DNA from: Anaeramoeba ignava BMAN
Lineage: Eukaryota > Protista > Anaeramoebae
Assembly: GCA_028826165.1 (NCBI GenBank)
Contig: JAPDFW010000018.1
Span: forward strand, 14,682-78,681
Length of the DNA stretch: 64,000 nucleotides
Direction of reading: 5' to 3'
In this document: in pieces, positions 13,001 to 25,173 of the stretch
How the letters are laid out: each line of letters starts with the position of its first letter
Numbering within the stretch: position 1 is the stretch's first letter
Made by a program: the position numbers and the translations under genes
Notes under the pieces: generated by a model
The model's database searches: none
Seen by the model: the letters and a program-made list of their open reading frames with translations, nothing else
What the model was told of the DNA's origin: nothing

Positions 13001-14420
13001 ATTATCAATTTATTATCAATTTAATATCAATTTATTATCAATTTAATATCAATCAATTTAATATCAATTTATTATCAATTTAATATCAATTTATTATCCT
13101 ATCAATTTAATATCAATTTAATATCAATTTAATATCAATCAATTTAATATCAATTTAATATCAATTTAATATCAATTTAATATCAATTTATTATCAATTT
13201 ATTATCAATTTAATATCAATTTATTATCAATTTAATATCAATTTATTATCAATTTATTATCAATTTATTATCAATTTAATATCAATTTAATATCAATTTA
13301 TTATCAATCAATTTATTATCAATTCAATTTAATATCAATTTATTATCAATCAATTTATTATCAATTTTAATATCAATTTATCAATCAATTTTATTATCAA
13401 TTTAATATCAATCAATTTATTATCAATTTATTATCAATTTATTATCAATTTAATATCAATTTATTATCAATTTATTATCAATTTATTATCAATCAATTTA
13501 ATATCAATTTATTATCAATTTAATATCAATTTATTATCTATCAATTTAATATCAATTTATTATCAATTTAATATCAATTTATTTATTATCAATTATTAAT
13601 TATCAATCAATTTAATCTATTCATTTCAATTTATTTATTATCAATTTATTATCAATTTAATATCAATTTATTATCAATTTTAATATCAATTTAATATCAA
13701 TTTATTTAATATCAATTTAATATCAATTTATTTAATATCAATTTAATATCAATTTAATATCAATCAATTTATTATCAATCAATTTTAATATCAATTTATT
13801 ATCAATCAATTTATTATCAATTTAATATCTATCAATTTAATATCAAATTATTATCAATTTTAATATCAATTTATTATCAATTTAATATTAATTTATTATC
13901 AATTTATTATCAAATTATCTATCAATTTAATATCAATTTATTATCAATTTAATATCAATTTATTATCAATTTATTATCAATTTATTATCAATTTAATATC
14001 AATTTATTATCAATTTATTATTAATTTATTATCAATTTATTATCAATTTATTATCAATTTAATATCAATCAATTTATTATCAATTTAATATCAATTTATT
14101 ATCAATCAATTTAATATCAATCAATTTAATATCAATTTATTATCAATTTAATATCAATTTAATATCAATTTATTATCAATTTATTATCAATTTATTATCA
14201 ATTTAATATCAATTTATTATCAATTTAATATCAATCAATTTAATATCAATTTAATATCAATTTATTATCAATTTAATATCAATCAATTTAATATCAATTT
14301 ATTATCAATTTATTATCAATTTAATATCAATCAATTTATTATCAATTTAATATCAATCAATTTAATATCAATTTATTATCAATTTAATATCAATTTATTA
14401 TCAATTTAATATCAATTTAT
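10060..14420. repeat. ~4.3-kb satellite of 11-mers (atcaatttaat / atcaatttatt), interrupted by a transposon
   Basis: Direct reading of the sequence. Confidence 0.95.
11681..12748 (+). mobile_element. Non-autonomous DNA transposon (PIF/Harbinger-ISL2EU-like, DDE_Tnp_4 remnant), ~34-bp TIRs, 3-bp AAT TSD
   Basis: Left end agaggttgggatggaatccctcttggttcgcgga; right end tccgcgaaccagaggggattccatcccaacctct; AAT on both flanks; internal VDKAYY..IPFKKPRGCELNQEEHFFNVRLSS..IEHYYGRLK at ~12226-12388. Confidence 0.9.
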
Positions 14421-14560
14421 TTAATCTAATATCAATCAAAAAAATTAAATTTGTATTTTGTCTAATAAATTTTATTCTTCATTCAAATAGTTAAAATAAA
14501 GAAAGAAAAAAAAAACAAAATCAACTCTTTTTATCAAATTAATTGTAAAATCAAAAAGAG

Positions 14561-14591
<31 letters not shown>

Positions 14592-14620
14592 TTAATTCCA
14601 CTTTTCCATGAAATTATTAA

Positions 14621-16413
14621 TTATCTCCAAGACTTGAACCAAAACCGTTTTTGAAATGCATAAACATCAATATCATATCCATAAATAATGGGAATAAAGA
14701 AAAACCAACCAAAAATAACAATAACCCAAATAGTACAAGCAATTATCATTTCAAAAACTTGGTCAGAAGTTAAAGTAGAAAGAATAAAATCAATAACAAG
14801 ACTAGCAAGAATAATCCCAAAAAGCAAAGAATATTGATAATCGTAATTAAAAAGAAATTTATCCTTTCTAAAAATTGGGAGTAAATGAATGAAATAACCA
14901 CAAAGTAAGAAAAATAAGTTGAAAGAATTTGTAGAAATCATATCAAGAAGATAATCATATCTTGTATAAATAAGATGAGAAACTGAGTTTTTCCTTTTTA
15001 AATTTTTATTTTCATTTTCATTTTCATTTTCAGTTGTATTTTCATTTTCATTTTCATTTTTATTTTTATTTTTATTTTCAGTTGTATTTGTATTTTCATT
15101 CTCATTTTTATTTTCATTTATTATATTCCCTTTTTAATTTTCTCAACAATCTTTTTATGCTTTTTCCAACCCACAATCATCAAAAAATTGAAGATTATAA
15201 AAATAACACAAAAAAACACAATCCACCAAACAAAAGGATTTCCTATTGAATAAATATATTGTTTTGGTTCGGTGATATCAGTCGAATCCTTCCTCCATAA
15301 CTCAACGGCTTTGCTTGTATGAAGTAGCCATTGATGCCAATTTGAGGCATAATTTTGCACTTTCATTTCATTTGAATAAATTTCAGCAGATTCATCAATT
15401 ATATTTTCTTGAGAATGAATTTGTGACAAAAAATCAGGCAAGAAACCAAAGCCTGCCTGTTTTGAATCTGCACTTTGAATAAGCCCATCAGAATAAAGCA
15501 TTGTTTTCTGTTCCAAATTGTCGTTTTCGTTAAAAGGAAGAAAATTGAAATGAAAATTGTAGCTGATAATAAAAATCACAATGGCAAAAGCAAAAAAAAT
15601 AACGAAAATGGACAAAATTCGTTTGAAAATGATAATTTTTTTCTGGTTTTTCTGCCGAAAAATATTGATGATTTGGAAGAGAATAATAAAAATAAAAGTG
15701 ACCCAAGAAAACGGTTCTGAAGAGATGGCCATTCCAAGAGAAACCGCAGAAAGAGACATTGCAAAGAGCGATTTTTTAGATAGCGGCCTTAAGTGAGTTT
15801 CTTTTAAGGCAAAAAAAACGGCAGAAATTACAAGCAATAAAACAAACGAGTTTGTTGAGATTAAATGCGATTGCACAATCATAGTGTTTTCAAAAATGAT
15901 CATTGAAGCAGCAAGAAAAGAGGCAATAACAGATCCCCCCATTGATCGTGTTACCAAATATACCAATTCAGGCACCAAACTTCCGAAAAACGTTGAAGCT
16001 GTTCTCAAACAAGTTAACGGAAAATCCGGCGGAATTTGTTCGCCTGGTGATGTAAAAGTCAACGCCGGTTTTGTTGCACAAATTTTCGCAACAAATGACA
16101 TTAGCATATTTGCGAACGGGGGTTTTTGTCCGGCAAAAAATTCACCTAATAAATAATGATTAATTGATTTTCCTGTTGATATTTCCGGTAAAAGTGTTTC
16201 TTTTGGATGAGAAAGTTTCCAAAAACGAGTTGTAAATGAAATTGCTAAAGAAATGAATAGAATTATTGTTTCGGTTTTTTTTCCTATTTGATTGAATTTT
16301 CTGTGCGATTTTTGAGTTTTTTTTAAATTAAAACTGGCTATTTGATTCAAATCAATTTCGTTTTCATTTTCACTTGCAAAAGTAACTTTCAGTGCTTTTT
16401 TATTTTCTGTCAT
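14621..16413 (-). CDS. Divergent dolichyl-phosphate-mannose:protein O-mannosyltransferase (PMT/GT39-like, no MIR domain); reading frame broken near 15130 and 14990
   Basis: TRFWKLSHP, YLLGEFF..KPPFA, FTSPGE, LRTASTFFGSL, ENTMIVQSHLI, YASNWHQW and IYSIGNPFVWW follow PMT motif order; multiple TM segments. Confidence 0.75.
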
Positions 16414-16542
16414 TTATTTATGAAAAAAAAAATAAAAAAAAAAATGAAAAAAATTTTTTAATTAATTTTTTTTTTTCATTTTTTTTTTTCTTCTTAAAAA
16501 TAATAATTAAAAATAAAAATTAAAAAAAATTTATAATAATAA

Positions 16543-18094
16543 ATGTATTCACTTTCTTCACCAAAAAAACTTTTAGAACATCTTTTAACAATTCCTTCAA
16601 ATCAAATTTGTGCTGATTGTGGTCAAAAAGGTTTAAAATTGAATTAACGAAAACAAAACAAAAATTAAAATAAAAAAATTTTAATTTAATTTAATTTAAT
16701 AATAAATTTTATAATTATTTTTTTTTTTTTTAAAATAAAAGAACCAACATGGGCAAGTATAAATTTAGGCATTTTTATTTGTTTAAATTGCAGTGGAGTT
16801 CATAGATCACTTGGAGTTGATATTTCTCAAGTTAGATCAACAACTCTTGATGTTTGGACAATGGATCAAGTAAACAATATGAGAATAATTGGAAATGAAA
16901 AAGCAAATCAATATTGGGAAGCAAATTTACCTTCAAATTTTATCAGACCAAAAACAGGAACTGCAATAAGAAATTTTATTGTTGATAAATATTATCGAAA
17001 ACTTTATATTCCTTCAAATACAAATTCAAAATTAAATTCAAATTCAAATTCAAATTCAAATTCAAAAAATAATCCTGTTCAAAATTCAAATTCAAATTCA
17101 AATTCAAAAAGAAATTCAAAATCAAATTCAAAATCAAAAAAAAGACATGTTAATGTTAGAAATTATTTGAAAAGCAAAAGTGCAAATCCAATTTCTTCTC
17201 AAATAAATGATTCTGAATTAAATAATAATGATGATTTTTTGTTAGATCAACAAAAAAATTCACTTCCTAATAATCCTCCAATTTTAAATAATATTGAGAA
17301 AAATACTTCTCATCATCAAGATGTTAATCAAAGTTTATCATTAATTGATGTTGAGCAATCAATACAACAAACAAATAAGGTTTATAAAAAAAAATTTAAA
17401 ATTAAAATTATAAAAAAATTTCTATTAACATGAAATTTAATTTAAAATTATAAAAAAATTTCCATTAACATGAAATTTAAAATTATAAAAGTTTGATTTA
17501 TTTTCAGGTAATTTAATTTTTTTAAAGCAAAAAAAAACAAGAAAAAAAATCAATTTCTTATTAAAAATTTTTTTTTTCTTCTTAAAATTAGAAATTGTAA
17601 TTTATAATGATCAACCACATAATTCACCAAAACAAAACCATCACCAAAAACAAAACAAACTTCCAAAATCAGATCTTCAAAAAGAAAAAAAAATTATAAA
17701 ACAAAACAAAGAAACAAATAATTTATTATTTTTTTCAGAAGGAAATGAACCACAAAATTCACTAAAATCTTCTCAAGAAAATCAACTACAAGAATTAGAA
17801 TCAATATTTGAAACTTCTCCAACAAAAACAAAAGAAAAAAATAATTCAGTTGATAAAAATTTAATTCTTGCAATGTTTGATGAATCAAATCAAAAACCAA
17901 TTAAAAAACCAATTAAAAAACCAATTAAAAAACCAATTAAAAAACAAAATCAAAATAATTTTGTTTTCAATTTTGGAAGAAGTATAAGTGATCAAGCTGC
18001 TTTACATAATCATCATAATCATCATCATCATAATCAATATCAGAATCCTCAAAGAAATCAAAAATCTTCTTTTGAAGATGTTTTTTTAAATTAA
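16543..18094 (+). CDS. ArfGAP (SMAP-like); exons 16543-16630, 16742-17379, 17492-17507, 17592-18094
   Basis: [47 protein letters not shown] = CX2CX16CX2C-X4-R ArfGAP motif. Confidence 0.92.
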
Positions 18095-18229
18095 TTTTTA
18101 ATTTTAAGTGAAACTTTTTCTTTCTTTTCCACAAAAAAAAAAAAAAGAATTTATTCAAAAATTCTTCTAAATAAGAAGAAGAATAATAATAAGAATAATA
18201 ATAATAATAACTTTATTTTCTTTTCAAAT

Positions 18230-18841
18230 TCAAATAAATTTTCCATTTTGAAATTCAATTCCTTTTTCAATTTCTTTTTCAATTTGATTTTCAATTTCTT
18301 TTTCAATTTCTTTTTCAATTTGATTTTCTTTTTCAATTTGATTTTGAATTTCTTTTTCAATTTGATTTTGATTTTCTTTTTGATTTTGATTTTGATTTTG
18401 ATTTTCAATTTGATTTTGATTTTCTTTTTCATTTTGATTTTGATTTTGATTTTCAATTTGATTTTGATTTTCAATTTCAATTTCAATTTCAATTTGATTT
18501 TGATTTTCAATTTGATTTAAATTCAAATTTTCAATTTCAATTTGATTTTCAATTTCATTTTCATTTAAATTCTCTTTCAAATCCTTAATATCTTTTTGTT
18601 CTAATTGAACCTTTAATTGAAGTTTTAAAAGATAAATTTGTGATTTTTTTTTGATAATTATTTGTTCATTCTCTTCTATTGCTTGAATAAAATCAATATC
18701 ATTTGGATCAAAATCATTCATTTCTTTATTTGAACGAATTAAATTTTCAACTTGATTTTCTAAAATGTTTATTTGTTTAATTAAAAAATTAATATCAAAA
18801 TAAATTAAATCTTCTTTTTCAATTAAATCTTCTTTTTCCAT
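18230..18841 (-). CDS. Small coiled-coil protein, Tma17-like, with a Q/N/E low-complexity tail
   Basis: LENQVENLIRSNKEM..DPNDIDFIQAIEENEQII resembles, from memory, the conserved Tma17-family core. Confidence 0.45.
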   Translation of the reverse strand: MEKEDLIEKEDLIYFDINFLIKQINILENQVENLIRSNKEMNDFDPNDIDFIQAIEENEQIIIKKKSQIYLLKLQLKVQLEQKDIKDLKENLNENEIENQIEIENLNLNQIENQNQIEIEIEIENQNQIENQNQNQNEKENQNQIENQNQNQNQKENQNQIEKEIQNQIEKENQIEKEIEKEIENQIEKEIEKGIEFQNGKFI

Positions 18842-19036
18842 TTTTTATTTTTTATTATTTATTTTTTATTTTTATTAAAAAAAAGTGAAAAAATGAAAAT
18901 TAAAATTTTGATTTTTTTTTTTGTAATTTTTTTTTTGAAAAGGAAAAAAAAAGAATTCTTTTGAAATTATTTAGATTTGAGAATTAAATCATAAATGAAT
19001 CAATTAATTATTTAATTATTTAATTGTTTTGTTTTG

Positions 19037-21489
19037 TTAAAAATGAACAATTTTGCATTTATCTCTTTTTGTTTCCATTGGACAATAAGGACATTTAAAT
19101 CTTCTTTCTCTTTCAGCAAGTCTATCAACTGCAATTCTACTTATAATATGACCTATTTTATAATTCATTTATAATTCATTTTTAATTCATTTTTAATTAT
19201 TTTTTAATTCATTTAATTATTTTCATGTCATGTTAATGAGAATTTTTTTTTGAAATTTCAATTCATTTCATGTTAATATTTTAATTTTAATTTTAATTTT
19301 AATTTTAATTTTAATTTTAATTTTAATTTTAATTTTAATTTTAATTTTAATTTTAATTTTAATTTTAATTTTAATTTTAATTTTAATTTTAATTTTAATT
19401 TTAATTTTAATTTTAATTTTAATTTTAATTTTAATTTTAATTTTAATTCTTACCACAAGGAAGCATCATTGGTGGATTTTCGTTTGTTGTTGCTTCTTTT
19501 ATAACAGGACAAATAAAATTTGTATGAAACTTATAATTTTCATCCAAAGTCAATCTCAATTTGTAATTCATTTGAATGTTCAGCTTTTAAATTATTCAAA
19601 GCATTATTTTGAGAATTTGCAATAGGAATCAAAGATTGTAAAGTTTGAATACCAGCAGTAATTGCAAGATAAAGATTAGATTCTTGAGATAATCCAAGAT
19701 TTTCACAGTATTCTTTTGTAAAGTTATGTTGAATAACATCCCATGAAGATTCATCAAATAAATAATTATATTCACTTGATTCAATATTTTTCAAAAAAAC
19801 TAAACATCCAAATAATTTTTTGATTTCATTGAATTTTGATTTGGAAAATTTTGATAATTTTATTTTAGAATAATTAATTGCTTCCGGAATCTTTTTTTGT
19901 TTTAATAAATCAATATAATAAAGTGAATGCAAGTCAAACTCAAGTGAACTTCCTTTTGAATCCAATTTTTCTTGATTTTTCTTGATCCAATTTAATGTTG
20001 AATCGATTTTGTGCTGTTGAAGATCTGATAAGATTTCAAACATTTCCACAAATTGTTCTCGAAAATTTTTTGATATTTCTGTTTCTGTTTCTGTTTCTTT
20101 GATGAATGAATCACCAATTTCGAATTTACCATCTCTGTAAAGATGTTCTGCAATTATTTGTTTTAATATTTTTTTATCAAATGGAGTTTTTTGAACGACT
20201 AAAGGTTCTAGATCAATTTTAGATTCCTTTTTTTTTCAATTTAAAATATAAATATTTAAAAAATATAAATATAAATATAAATATAAATATAAATATAAAT
20301 ATAAATATAAATATAAATATAAATATAAATATAAATATAAATATAAATATAAATATAAATATAAATATAAATATAAATATAAATATAAATATAAATATAA
20401 ATATAAAATATAAATATAAATATAAATATAAATATAAATTTAAAATATAAATATAAATATAAATATAAATATAAATATAAATATAAAATATAAATATAAA
20501 TATAAATTTAAATATAAATATAAATATAAATATAAATATAAATATAAATATAAAATATAAATATAAATATAAATATAAATATAAATATAAATATAAATAT
20601 AAATATAAATATAAATATAAATATAAATATAAATATAAATAAAAATATAAATATAAAATATAAATATAAATATAAATATAAATATAAATATAAATATAAA
20701 TATAAATATAAATATAAATATAAATAAAAATATAAAATATACAAAATATAAACATAAATATAAAATATAAAATATACTTTATAAAAATAAATATAAAAAA
20801 AATATAAAATATAAATATAAATATAAATATAAATATAAATATAAATATAAATATAAAAATATTTCATTTATAAAATTTAAATATAAATTTTTAAAATCTT
20901 CATTTTGTTCTATCTTCTGTTTTTGATAAATATAATTTCAAATATATTTATATTTAAATATTAAAAAAAAATATAAAGTAAAAAATCTAAATATGTTGTA
21001 TGAAATATGTTTTATAAATATAATCATAAATATAAATATAAATATAAATATTTTATATAAATATAAATATAAATATAAATAAAAAATATAAAAAAAAATA
21101 AATATAATTCAAAATAAAAATTTTTCATTATTATAATTATAATTATAAATATAAATATAAATATAAATATAAATATAAATATAAATATAAATATAAAATT
21201 ATAAAATTATCAAGTTCAATTTTTCATTTACTTTATCAAGAGTTTTAGAAAAATTTGCTAAACCAATATGATATTCTTTATGTGTATTCAATATTTGTTT
21301 GGTTTCTTTTTTTATTTCATTTTTAGTTTCTTCTAATTTTTTAAAAAAATCTTCATTTTGTTCTTCTTCTGTTTTTTGACTCATAATTTCAAGTGTATTT
21401 ACTATTGTTTCAAGTTTTGTTTCTAATTGTTTTGTTGTTGAAATGTGTTTTTTTTCTAATTTATCAAGTCTTTTTTGAATTTCTTCCAT
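19037..21489 (-). CDS. RMND5: RMND5/GID2 (CTLH E3 ligase RING subunit); exons 21489-21232, 20226-19454, 19152-19037; one probable 1-nt error near 19546
   Basis: LisH (IIAEHLYRDGKFEIGDSFIKE), CTLH/CRA (SSLEFDLH) and degenerate RING FICPVIKE..NPPMMLPCGHIIS..FKCPYCP. Confidence 0.9.
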
Positions 21490-21674
21490 TTTATTATTTT
21501 TATTTTTATTTTTATTTTTATAACAAAAAGAAATTTTAATTAAAAAGAAGAAAAATGAATTTATTTTTTTTCTCCTTTTTTTTTTTATTAAAAATTTAAT
21601 TAAAAAAAGAAAAAAATTTTTTTCATTTTTTTTTTCCTTTTTTTTAATTAAATTTTCTTTCTAATTAATAAAAA

Positions 21675-23458
21675 ATGCAACAACAACAACAACAACAACA
21701 AACACAACAACAACAAATACAACAACAACAAATACAAATAGTTCCAAACACAAGATTTGAAGAACTTCCAGAACCAATTCAAAAACATTTCCTTCAATTT
21801 GAGTAAATAATTTTAATAATAAATTTAATAATAAATTTAATAATAAATTTAATAATTAATTTAATAATAATTTTAATAATAAATTTAATAATAAATTTAA
21901 TAATAATTTAATAATAATTTTAATAATAATTTTAATAATAAATTTAATAATAAATTTAATAATAATTTTTAATAATAATTTAATAATAAATTTAATAATA
22001 AATTTAATAATAAATTTAATAATAATTTTAATAATAATTTTAATAATAATTTTAATAATAATTTTAATAATAATTATAATAATAATTTTAATAATAATTT
22101 TAATAATAATTTTAATAATAATTTTAATAATAATTTTAATAATAATTTTAATAATAAATTTTAATAATAATTTTAATAATAATTTTAAATAATAATTTTA
22201 ATAATAATTTTTAATAATAATTTTAATAATAATTTTAATAATAAATATAATAATAATTTTAATAATAATTTTAATAAATTTAATAATAAATTTAATAATA
22301 ATTTTAATAATAAATTTAATAATAAATTTAATAATAAATTTAATAATAAATTTAATATTAATTTTAATAATAATTTTATTAATAATAAATTTAATAATAA
22401 TTTTAATAATAATTTTAATAATAATTTTAATAATAAATTTAATAATAATTTTAATAATAATTTTAATAATAATTTTAATAATAATTTTAATAATAATTTT
22501 AATAATAATTTTAATAATAATTTTAATAATAATTTTAATAATAATTTTAATAATAATTTTAATAATAATTTTTAATAATAATTTTTAATAATAATTTTTA
22601 ATAATAATTTTAATAATAAATATAATAATAAATTTAATAATTAATTTAATAATTAATTTAATAATTAATTTAATAATAAATTTAATAATAATTTTAATAA
22701 TAAATTTAATAATAATTTTATTAATAATTTTATTAATAATTTAATAATAAATTTAAATTTTTAGACAAGAATTAGAAAAACAAAAAGAAACACGAATCGA
22801 AGTAGCAACAAAAGAATTAAAAGAAACAGTTGAACAAATCGAGAAGTTTGAAGAATCGATGGAGAATCTTGGGAATGCCTACAACAAAGATAGCGTAATA
22901 GTAAATCAAATAAAAAAAGAAAACCAACAACAAGCATATGAAACAGAAGAAGCAAACCGACTTTTAGAAACATTAAAAAACTCAAGTTATCGAGAAGAAC
23001 CCAGTCAATTATCGCCATATTTTGAAAAGCTTCTCGAAAAAATACAGTCAAAAATGGTTGAATATAATACAATTATTGAAGATATTGAATCATTTATATC
23101 GTCAAATTCTCAGCAACCTTTCGAACAGTTCCTCGCCCAACAAACCCTCCCAAATCCTGATTCAAAAACAAATGCGAGAGTAGTCAATCCCCCGAAAGTG
23201 ATCCATGATACCATTCATTCTCAGTATCAAAAATTCATGGAACTTGTTGGCAAAATTTCCTTTATTCATGAGCAAGTTGACATTCTTCGCGAAGAGTTTT
23301 TGCGTATTTTTCGTCATGTTTTCCCAAATTCTCCTAATCCTCTTGATCAACCTGATCAGGATGATGTTGAAAATAGGGCTGTTCCTCGTTTTATTAATCT
23401 TGATCAAGACAATTCTCCAAATCTGATCCAAATTTTACCCAATTCTCAATTCAATTAA
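21675..23458 (+). CDS. Nucleoporin Nup58/Nup49-like; exons 21675-21802 and 22765-23458
   Basis: TRFEELP, SPYFEKL..Y...IEDIE and QYQKFMELVGKISFIHEQVDILREEFL resemble the Nup58 coiled-coil core. Confidence 0.65.
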
Positions 23459-23654
23459 AATTAAAATTAAAATTAAAATTAAATTTTACATTTTAAATTT
23501 ATAACTTTATAAAACAATTTTTTTTGGTGTTGTTTGTTAATAATATTTTTCTTTACTTCTAAAAATAGAAACAAACAATTCTTCCTTTTTTTTGTTTATT
23601 TATTCTTTTCCTTCTTCTTTTTCTTCAATCAATTCTTTTCAAAAATAAAACAAT

Positions 23655-24984
23655 TATTAAAATTAATTATTATCAACAGTACTATTTCTTAAAGATTATA
23701 AGTCCAATCTGGATAAATTTCTTTTAGCATTAGGTTCAGTTTCTAAAAAATAATGTTAAAAGGGATTTATTCAGATTGGCATCCCTTTTTTAATTTATTT
23801 AATTTCTTTCCGAAAATAAGGGAATTATTAAAATTAATTATTATCAACAGCACTATTTCTTAAAGATTATAAGTCCAATCTGAATAAATTTCTTTTAACA
23901 TTAGGTTCAGTTTCTAAAAAATAATGTTAAAAGGGATTTATTCAGATTGGCATCCCTTTTTTAATTTATTTAATTTCTTTCCGAAAATAAGGGAATTATT
24001 AATATCAACTATTATCAACAGTACTATTTCTTTAAAGATTATAAGTCCAATCTGGATAAATTTCTTTTAACATTAGGTTCAGTTTCTAAAAAATAATGTT
24101 AAAAGGGATTTATTCAGATTGGCATCCCTTTTTTTTATTTATTTAATTTCTTTCCGAAAATAAGGGAATTATTAAAATTAATTATTATCAACAGTACTAT
24201 TTCTTAAAAGATTGTAAGTCCAATCTGGATAAATTTCTTTTAACATTAGGTTCAGTTTCTAAAAAATAATGTTAAAAGGGATTTATTCAGATTGGCATCC
24301 CTTTTTTTATTTATTTAATTTCTTTCCGAAAATAAGGGAATTATTAATATCAACTATTATCAACAGTACTATTTCTTAAAGATTATAAGTCCAATCTGGA
24401 TAAATTTCTTTTAACATTAGGTTCAGTTTCTAAAAAATAATGTTAAAAGGGATTTATTCAGATTGGCATCCCTTTTTTTTATTTATTTAATTTCTTTCCG
24501 AAAATAAGGGAATTATTAAAATCAACTATTATCAACAGTACTATTTCTTAAAAGATTATAAGTCCAATCTGAATAAATTTCTTTTAACATTAGGTTCAGT
24601 TTCTAAAAAATAATGTTAAAAGGGATTTATTCAGATTGGCATCCCTTTTTTTAATTTATTTAATTTCTTTCCGAAAATAAGGGAATTATTAAAATTAATT
24701 ATTATCAACAGCACTATTTCTTAAAAGATTGTAAGTCCAATCTGAATAAATTTCTTTTAACATTAGGTTCAGTTTCTAAAAAATAATGTTAAAAGGGATT
24801 TATTCAGATTGGCATTCCTTTTTTTAATTTATTTAATTTCTTTCCGAAAATAAGGGAATTATTAATATTAATTATTATCAACAGCACTATTTCCTTTTTC
24901 TCAAGTCCAATCTGAATAAATTTCTTTTAACATTAGGTTCAGTTTCTAGTAAAAATAATGTTAAAAGGAGTTTGTTCAGATTGG
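23655..24984 (+). ncRNA. Tandem array (8 x ~172 bp) of candidate structured-RNA / pre-miRNA-like hairpins
   Basis: 29-bp stem with an 18-nt loop in each unit (starts at 23704, 23875, 24047, 24220, 24391, 24564, 24737, 24907); all stem deviations read as G-U pairs on the + strand. The repeat is certain; the RNA function is inferred. Confidence 0.55.
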
Positions 24985-25173
24985 CGTTTTTGTTTTCTTT
25001 TTTTTGTTTTTATTTTTTGATTTATAATTTTATAATTTTACTTAAATAAACACAAAATTAAAAAGTTTCATCAATTTTTGTTTTTTTTTTCTTTTCATCA
25101 AAAAAAATTTTTTTTTCAATTTTTGATCATTTCATTTTCTTATTCAACAAAAGACCCCAAAAAAAAAACAAAA

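Noticed and set aside
20880-21020. Ghost copy of RMND5 exon 1 inside the intron
   Set aside because: Exon-like words are blended with the surrounding (ataaat)n repeat, typical of a consensus or polishing artefact; it has no usable frame or splice sites
23655-24984. CRISPR array or tRNA/rRNA/snRNA cluster
   Set aside because: The whole unit repeats with no unique spacers; there are no cas genes and no cloverleaf or recognisable rRNA/snRNA motifs
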